Below the pieces are notes generated by a model. It was not told where the DNA came from. It saw nothing but the letters and a program-made list of their open reading frames with translations, and ran no database searches. The position numbers were made by a program, and so were the translations under genes. DNA of 40,744 nt from an uncultured bacterium (lineage in GTDB: Bacteria > Fidelibacterota > UBA2242): the NCBI GenBank assembly GCA_964589175.1, contig CAZPRY010000010.1, positions 62,000 to 102,743 on the forward strand. Reading direction: 5' to 3'. Within the stretch, counting starts at the first letter, position 1. Every line of letters begins with the position of its first letter. Below, one piece after another: positions 10,901 to 19,900 of this stretch.

Positions 10901-13900
10901 CTTCGGAAAAGCGGCAATTCTGTGCCATTGGATCGCTGAAAACCAATCTCGGCCATCTGGATGCAGCCGCGGGGGTGGCGGGTTTGATCAAGACCGCACT
11001 GTCCTTAAACTTTGCTAAGATTCCGCCCAGCCTGCATTTTAAAACCCCCAATCCACAGATTGATTTTGAACACAGCCCGTTCTATGTGAATACGGAGTTA
11101 AAAGAGTGGCCACGACAGGGAACGAATGCCGATCCGATTCGCAGAGCGGGGGTCAGTTCTTTCGGGATTGGCGGAACCAATATGCACATGATCCTGGAAG
11201 AGGCGCCGCGACCCGAGAATATTCCAGCAGGAACGAATCCACTGCCCCGGATTCTTCCCCTTTCCGTGAAAGATCCTGACACCCTAAACAGGATACGAAC
11301 GAATCTGGTCGATTTTCTACGCAAACATCCCCATTCCCGACTCCAGGATCTATCCTATTCTTTGCAGTTCGGACGTGAAAGCCATGTATATCGCCATGCC
11401 TTTACCGTCGTGAATGTCGAAGAGGCAATCCTAAAATTGTCAGATTCGATTTCACCGGATAAAATTATCAAGACCGACATTACGAAATCTTCCAAAATCG
11501 TTTTCCTGTTTCCCGAATCCGGAACTGATTTCCTGGCGATGGGACGCGACTTATACCGGTGGTACCCGAGATTCAGACAAGAGATAGACAGCGGTAATGA
11601 GTCGCTAAGGAAGATTGCCGGCACAGATGTAAAACCCCTGCAGATTGCCTCGGATAGTTCATTTTCATTGGACCGGGATGGGGAGGACTCCGAAATCGCT
11701 CGCCTGGTGTTGGTGATTTTCGGGTACGCCCTCGGAAAACTGCTTGAAAGTTGGGGGGTGCGCCCGGATGCCGTTGCCGGCTACGGTTTGGGAGAATATA
11801 CCGCGGCTTGTTTTTCCGGGATCATGACGCTTGATGAGGCGCTACAACTGGCGCTGGAACGAAACGAACTCCTCACACTTGCACAGGATGCGTCAACTGC
11901 CCGGCCCACAAAAAGAGTACAACAATTTTCTTTACAGACGCCCCGAATTCCTCATTTGTCAGGTTTGTCGGGGGCCTGGATCACGGATCAGGAAGCCCGG
12001 GACAGCGGCTACTGGCAGAATCGATTCAGCCAGACATCTCCTTTCGCAGCAAAGCCGCAAGAGCTCCTGGCAATCGAATACGCGATTTATATCGGGTTTG
12101 GGTCAGATAATCTGTTCACGGAAGCTTTTCAGGAGCACCCGGATCGCGGGCCGGGCCAGCAGCTCATAAATCTGTTCCCAGGTTCGGATCAGGAGAAAGC
12201 GAGTCCCGCGTATCTCCTCAATCGGATTGCGGATCTTTGGTGCATGGGATCTATGATCGATTGGACGGCGGTTTATCCCGGTCCGCATCGAAAAATTCCC
12301 CTGCCCGGCTATCCGTTTCAACGAAAGAGATTTCCCGTCAAGCCGCCGGTCACTCAGCTAAATCAGAATTTCGTGTCGGAAAAACAGGAAGAGCTGGAGA
12401 ATTGGTCCTACGTGCCATCATGGGAACGTGTCCCGTTCGGGATAGATGAAGATAGTGAAACAGTCGTGATATTGCTTTTTTCGGACGGAAATCCGCTGGA
12501 ATATCAATTCCTCGAATACTTCCGGTCCAGATCACTCAAATTTATCACGGTCGGCAGCGGAGCACAATTTATACGCAGCAGCGCTGACCGATTTTACATC
12601 CGACCGACAGAACGCGACGACTATCTGGCGCTTTTCCGGCAACTGGCCGATGAAGATTTGGTGCCGGATAAGGTAGTTCATCTTCGATCATTGGATATAA
12701 GGGTCCGGGAGTCAGAAAACCTTGAGGATGCCCTGCAGAAAAGTTTCTATGGTCTCCAGCATATCGTAGCTGCCCGGACTTCCTGCGCTATTCATAATCC
12801 CGTTTCCCTGATTGTGGTTACCGAGAATCTTTTTGAGGTTCAGGGCGACGAAGAGATCGATCCAATCAAAGCACTGGTCACGGGACCTGTTCTGACGATT
12901 CCGCAGGAATATCCGGAAATTCGGATCTCTCTTATCGATATCGATCCGCTTCAAATTCGATGGAAAGGCGCGACCCGGCTACCGGCCCGCCTGCTGGCGG
13001 AAGGTAGAGATCGCCCCGGGCATGAGATTATCGCTTATCGCGGTCGCTATCGATGGAAAAGGAAATATACGCCAATTCCGTTAAAAGAAGCTTCGCCGGG
13101 CGATCTACCGCTTCGTAATAAGGGAAGCTATTTGATTACCGGAGGCTCCGGCGGGATAGGTTTCAGCATTGCGAAATACCTGGCCGGTAGCTATCAGGCG
13201 CGCCTGGCGTTGGTGGCCCGCCGGGGAGTTTCCGATGAGATGCAACAAACGCTGAAGGAACTCGGGGCAGACGTATTGGCATTTTCAGCGGATGTTGCAG
13301 ACTACCGTGAAATGCAAAAAGTCTTTAGCGCAGTGGCGGAACGATTTGGGAGGATTGACGGAGTAATACACGCTGCGGGAGTAGCGGACGGGGCGGTTAT
13401 CCAGAATCGAACCCGGGAACAATCAGAACTGGTTCTGGAACCGAAGGTGTCGGGTACTCTGAACTTGCACAGACTGCTGGAAGGCAAACAAACAGATTTC
13501 GTCCTGCTCTGTTCCTCGCTGGCATCCGTCATACCGATTATTGGTCAGTTCGCCTACTGCTCGGCAAATGCCTTCGAGGATGCGTTTGCGAACAAAATGA
13601 GTAATTCGGGCGACACTCGTTGGTGTTCGGTCAGTTGGGACAGATGGCTGGATGTTGGCATGGCCGCCCGGTTCCTGGAAGGTCATGAAGGCGGACAGAT
13701 CGGGATTCATACGGATGCCGGAATCGAAATTTTTAAACGGATTCTGAACAGGCAAGAACCCCACATCATCATATCAACTGGAAGTCTGGATCCGCAAGTT
13801 GAAAAGCTAAGAGATACGAGATCCGTTTTTTTGGAATTGAAACACAGTGCCGGGATCAGAAATACTGAATCGATTGATGGAGAGCTTCTTGCGGATACGA

Positions 13901-16900
13901 ACCATAACCGTTCGGAAGTGAAAAATATCGTTCTGAATATCTGGCGCGACATCCTGACCCTGCCGGATCTGGACGCGGATACCAACCTGTTTGATCTCGG
14001 TGTGGACTCGCTCAAGATTATGGATGCTGAATCCAGAATTCAGAAGCAGTTCCGCAAAAAGATTCCGATGGCTGAATTTTTCCGTTTACCGACCGTTCGG
14101 GACCAGACTGCCTACCTGAGCGGTTCCGAAAAAGAGGTCTCCGATTCAATCCCTCGCCAGGCGGAAACGGCTTACTATCCTGTATCTTCTGCGCAAAAGC
14201 GATTGTTTATTCTCCAACAGCTGACAGCGGATAATATTCTTTATAATCAGCCGGCTGTGTTGCGGATTGAGGGTAGTATCGAACCCGCAAGACTGGAGAG
14301 CGCATTTCGAAATCTGATTGAGACAGTTGAGGTATTTCGCAGCTCTTTTCATCTCGTCGAAGATAATCCCGTCCAGGTCATCCATCCTCTGGAAGAGATC
14401 GATTTCCATATCGAATTTTCAAGAGTGATGGGCGAGCCCATCGATGTCGATGAAATCATGGCTGACTTTTTACAGCCGTTCGATCTGTCGAAGCCTCCTT
14501 TAATCAGGGTAAAACTGCTCGAAACGCTTACGGGGATAACGTTTCTTCTGATCGATATTCACCACATAATTAGTGATGGCAGTTCCTATATTGAACTGTT
14601 CGATAGTATTGGCAAACTCTACGCCGGAGAGAAGATCACTCCCCCCAAAATACGATTCAGAGATTATGCGGTCTGGCAGCAAAACCAGAAAGCCCTACAG
14701 GAGTATTGCGAGCAGGGAAAGTACTGGCTGAATGAATTTTCCGGGGAAATACCGATTTTACAATTGCCAAACGATTTTTGTCCCGGCACCGATCCGGATT
14801 TCTGGGGTGATCACCTGGAGTGCAGCATTGGTGTCGAGGAAACCCGGGCGATTAAAGCACTGGCCCGTGAGCGCAATACGACGCTCTTCATCGTTCTTTT
14901 GGCGGCGTTTAAAATCCTGCTGGGCAAGCTCAGCGGACAGGAAGATTTGATTGTCGGGACGCCTACGGCAGGACGCCGAAGGTCGGAGTTTCAACATCTG
15001 ATCGGCATGTTTGTCGATACCCTGGCGATTCGTAGTCGGCCCCAGAAAGAAAAGACTTTTAACGAGTATCTCAGTGAAGTGCAGGAAAAGGTTCTCAAGG
15101 CGTTTGAAAATCAGGAGTACCAGTTTGAAGATCTGGTAGAGGCGCTGAACGTTACCCGCGTCTCCGGAGAGAATCCCATCTTTAATGTCATGTTCATTCT
15201 CCAGAATATGTCAAAACCGGCGTTGTCGCTCGATAATCTGAAGATCTCGGTGCATCCCTGGAAAAAGAAGCTATCCCTGTTTGATCTTACGTTGGAAGTG
15301 ATCGAAGAGGGCGCGGAACTGCGACTCGGTTTTGAATATTCAACCTGGCTTTTTCAGCGGGAGACGATCGCTCAATATGCGGATTACTACCGCGAATTAC
15401 TTCACTCCATTGTGGCGGCGCCGGACTCACCGATAGCGGAAATTCAAATGCTGCCGCCGGCGATGCGGGAGCAGATTCTCCACGACTTTAGCAATTCCGG
15501 TTCAGCATTAGCGGAAGAAAAAACGGTCATGGAGATTTTCCACGAGCAACTGCTGAAGTCTCCCGATCGGACCGCGCTGAAATTCGGACAATACCGTCTC
15601 AGTTACCGAGAACTGGATGAAGAGGCGGAGCAAGTAGCCCATCGTCTTTGCGAACAGCATCGGATTCAACCGGGAGATATCGTCGCTGTACTGCTGGAGC
15701 CATCCGAGCGATTTATCATCTCTGTACTAGGAATTTTGAAAGCGGGAGCGGCGTATCTGCCGATCGATCCGGTAACTCCGACTGAGCGGATTCGGTTCAT
15801 GTTGCGGGACAGCTGCAGTGAGGTGGTAATCAGCGATGTTGCCGGTTTGAAGAATGTCGCTGCAATTCCTGATTTAATTGTCGTGGATATTGATGAAGTC
15901 CGAAAGAAAGAATACCAAACCGCAGAGAGCCATGCGTCCCCCGCCCAAAAAGCGAGCCCGGGCGATCCGGTATATATGATCTATACTTCGGACACGACCG
16001 GCTCCCCGAAAGGGGTGCTGATCGAGAACCGCGCGCTGGCGAATCTCGTATGTGCTCAAAAACGCAGACTGGATTTTACTTCGGATGAACGGCATCTTTT
16101 ATTCTTTTCGATATCGTTTGATGGATCGGTTTTCGATATTTTCCTGCCGCTGCTCAGCGGCGCATGCCTTGTGATCCCGAAAAAGGAAGTTCTGCTGGAG
16201 CCAGAGAACTTCTGCCAATTCCTGGTTGATTCCGGAACGACTTCGCTGATCGTAACGCCTTCCTTTTTACATCAGATACCCGGAGAAAAATTCCCGAAAA
16301 TCCGGCGTATCTGCACTGCCGGCGAGCCCGTCATCGCGAAAGACGCTGCTTACTATAGCGCCCGGATGGATTATTATTGTCACTATGGACCAACCGAGAC
16401 TACGATAATGGCAACCTGCTGTAAATTATTGCCGGAGAGCCGTGAACGGAATCTGATCGGAATTCCCATAGATAACTGCGATATCTTCATATTGGATGAA
16501 TCGATGAATCTGCAGCCGATTGGGATCGCGGGCGAGATATGCGTTGGCGGCGCCGGACTGGCGAGAGGGTACCTGAACCGGCCGGAACTCACGGTTGAGA
16601 AGTTTGTGGTGAATCCGTTTAAGACCGGGGAACTGCTCTATCGCACGGGAGACTACGGTTGCTGGTTAGCGGACGGTTCGATTGAATTCCTTGGCCGGCG
16701 TGACCAGCAGGTAAAATTACAGGGATATAGGATTGAACTCGCGGAGATTGAAAGCCGCATCATGAACTACCCCGATATCGATGGGGCGGCGGTCTTGCTC
16801 AGAGCTTCGCAGGAAGATCGGCAATTGTGGGCTTATATAATCAGCCCAAATGGAAAATTTTCCCTGGATGAGATCAGAAAATATCTGAAAGAATTCCTGC

Positions 16901-19900
16901 CCGAATATATGCTCCCCACCGGCTTTTCTCTTGTTGATAATTTTCCGCTTACGGTGAACGGGAAGATCGATCGGGACGCTCTCGCCAGATTAAGCGATGG
17001 GGAAACTCAGGTACTGACAAGTGCTGATTTTCAAATGCCTCGGAATGATCATGATCGAAGGCTGGTCAAGATCTGGTCGCAACTGCTTTTAAACGAGAAA
17101 ATCGGCCTTCACGATAACTTCTTTGAGTCAGGCGGACAGAGCCTCATGGGCGTACTGTTACTAGCAGCCATTGAACAGGAGTTTCGTGTAAAACTTCGAC
17201 TTCTCGATATTTTCCGGTACCCGGTACTGGCGGATATGTCAGATTTAATCCTCTCGCGATCCCCAAATCAGGGAAAATCCATCTCCCGGCTTCCGGCCAT
17301 GGATCACTATCCGGTTTCAAATGCCCAACGCCGTCTATGGATCTTGAGTAATATCGGAGCCGAGACCGGCGCCTATGATATCGCGGGGACCCTGTTGCTC
17401 AAAGGACAACTGAATCGTGGAGCCCTCGAACGGGCAATCCAAAGAATTGTTGAGCGACACGAATCGCTGCGGACGGTTTTCATCGTAGTTAAAGGAGAAC
17501 CGCGGCAGAAAATCCTTGAAAAACCGGATTTTCATATTCGTATAAAATCGATCGGAAATTCCTTGCAGGAAGAATTCAATCGGAATCTGAAAGAGCGGTT
17601 CGACCTGCAGAAAGGACCTCTGTTCAAGGCGATCCTTTACCCGATCGCCGATGACCGGCATATTCTTTTCATAAATATGCATCACATCATCAGTGACGGT
17701 TGGTCGATCAGCGTTTTGACCAGGGAACTGGGCCAGCTGTACGAAGCATATCTTCATGGGATCAGCGATCCGCTGGCAACTCTGCAATATCAGTATAAAG
17801 ACTACACTGCCTGGCAAAACAAGATGCTGGGCAGTGATGAGTTCGCTGAACACCGGCGTTTCTGGCATACGAAACTGGCCGGTGAGTTGCCGGTTATGAA
17901 TCTGCCGATCGATATAGCCCGTCCATCGGTTCGAAGTTTTCAGGGCGATGCGGTGAGACTTATGCTCGATAAAGCGCAGACCCGCGATTTGAACCGTCTG
18001 GGCGTAAAACAGAATGTTACTCTTTTCATAATCCTGAAAGCCCTGGTCAGTGTTCTGCTGCATCGCTACAGCAATCAGGACGATCTGATTATCGGTACCA
18101 GCGTGGCGGCCCGGGAACGCAAGGAGCTATTTGATCAGATAGGATTTTTCGTCAATACACTGGCGTTGCGAACCACGATCAGCACGGAAGAGCCTTTTTC
18201 CGTATTGCTCGAACGAACCAAGATTGAGATGCTGGATGCGTATGAACATCAATTGTATCCCTTCGATTTGCTGGTCGAGGAACTGAAAATTGAACGGGAC
18301 ATCACCCGGAATCCCATATTTGATGTCATGCTGGTACTCCAGAATAACGAGCCGATGAATCTGGTTTTTGGTGGGCTGGTTTGCGAGGAGACCGATCTTG
18401 ATTATGCTTTCAGCAAATTCGATCTGACATTTAACTTCCGCGAAATGGACGGCGACCTGAAACTCAATCTGGAATATAATACGGATATTTTCCATCGTGA
18501 GCGAATTGAACGAATGGGCGGCCATTTCGAGATGTTGGTGAAGGAAGTACTCCGCGATAGCGACTGTCCGATTGGTAAATTACAGCTGCTGACCGCGTCC
18601 GAAACGCAGATGTTGCTGGGGAGATTCGGAGAGCCGGAAGTCGTTTTTCCGGTTAAAGAGACCATCGTATCAATGTTTCGACGGCAGCTGGCGCAACGCG
18701 CGGATGCGACGGCGCTGCTCTATCAAGATCGCGAAATGACCTATCGCGAACTGGACGAGCGCTCGAACGCCGTCGCAGCACGATTGAAAACAGTCGGAGC
18801 TCTCGAGTCAAATAAAATTGCCGCAGTCATTCTCGATCGTTCGGATCTGGCTGTCGCAGTATTTTTAGGTATTCTGAAAGCGGGAGCGGCCTACCTGCCG
18901 ATCGATCCGGATTATCCACCGGAACGGATTCGCTATATGCTGGCCGACAGCGCCGCTACGGTGCTGATCACCGAGGAGAAGCATTCCGGGGAAGCACGGA
19001 AAATCATTGGCGATTCGCTTTCGGTATCGGAAATTATCGAGATTGAAAAGATTGATAGCTCTCCGGAATATAAAGAGGAACATTTTAATTCCGATACCGC
19101 GGCCTACATCATCTACACCTCCGGGTCGACTGGAAAGCCCAAGGGCTGCATTATTACACATCGAAATCTTATCTCCCTCATTTTTAATGATCGCTTTCCG
19201 TATAAATTCAGTGCGGACGATGTCTGGATCTCCGCTCATTCGTTCTGCTTCGATTTTTCGGTCTGGGAGATGTACGGGGCGCTCCTTTTCGGCGGGCGTT
19301 TCGTGATTATATCGCCGGACGAAGTACGCAGAACGGATCGCTTTCTGGATTTGCTGATCGAACACCAGGTTACCGTCCTGAATCAGACCCCAGGCGCTTT
19401 TTATAATTTGATCGAGGTTGAGAAGCAGCGCGAGTCTCACGATCTGGCCGCGCATCTGCGTTACGTGATTTTCGGCGGAGACCGCCTCGATCCGCACTAT
19501 CTGAAGCCCTGGCTGAAGAACTATCCGCTCAACCGGATTTCTCTGATCAACATGTTCGGCATAACCGAAACCACCATCCATGTCACCTATGGTCCTCTGA
19601 CGGAAAAGGATATTCTCGCATCAACGGGTACGAGTCCGATTGGAAGGCCGTTACCGGATCTGAATGTCTATCTGTTCGATGAGCAGATGAACCTGGTACC
19701 CGTGGGTGTACCCGGGGAGATTTGGGTCGGTGGTCCGCAAGTCAGTCCCGGCTACCTTAACCGTCCGGATCTAAACCGGGAGCGTTTTATCACCTCGCCT
19801 TTTAAGGCAGGGGAGACGCTCTACCGCAGTGGCGATCTCGCCGGATGGAATTCGGATGGCAGCCTCGAGTATCTGGGGCGCAATGATCACCAGGTTCAAG

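Noticed and set aside
11497-12340. Calling the AT-position domain a functional cis-acyltransferase
   Set aside because: Both hallmark motifs are altered (GQG->ESG, GHSLG->GYGLG), and the ferredoxin-like subdomain is shortened. Annotated as degenerate instead.
8479-16592. Two pairs of near-identical small minus-strand ORFs (8479..8700/15874..16095 and 8988..9197/16383..16592), which could suggest duplicated IS or transposase remnants
   Set aside because: They are antisense shadows of the duplicated adenylation-domain sequence (A1/A2) and carry no transposase motifs or terminal inverted repeats. The duplication itself is reported as a repeat.
17335-19581. Long antisense ORFs inside the megasynthase genes. 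The largest are 17335..18063(-) 242 aa and 18865..19581(-) 238 aa; the same applies to 30181..30777(-), 35520..36044(-), 583..984(+) and other ORFs embedded in the opposite strand of the assigned genes
   Set aside because: All lie fully inside strongly supported, motif-rich coding regions on the opposite strand. They have no SD or recognisable motifs and have the low-complexity composition typical of shadow ORFs in GC-biased third positions.
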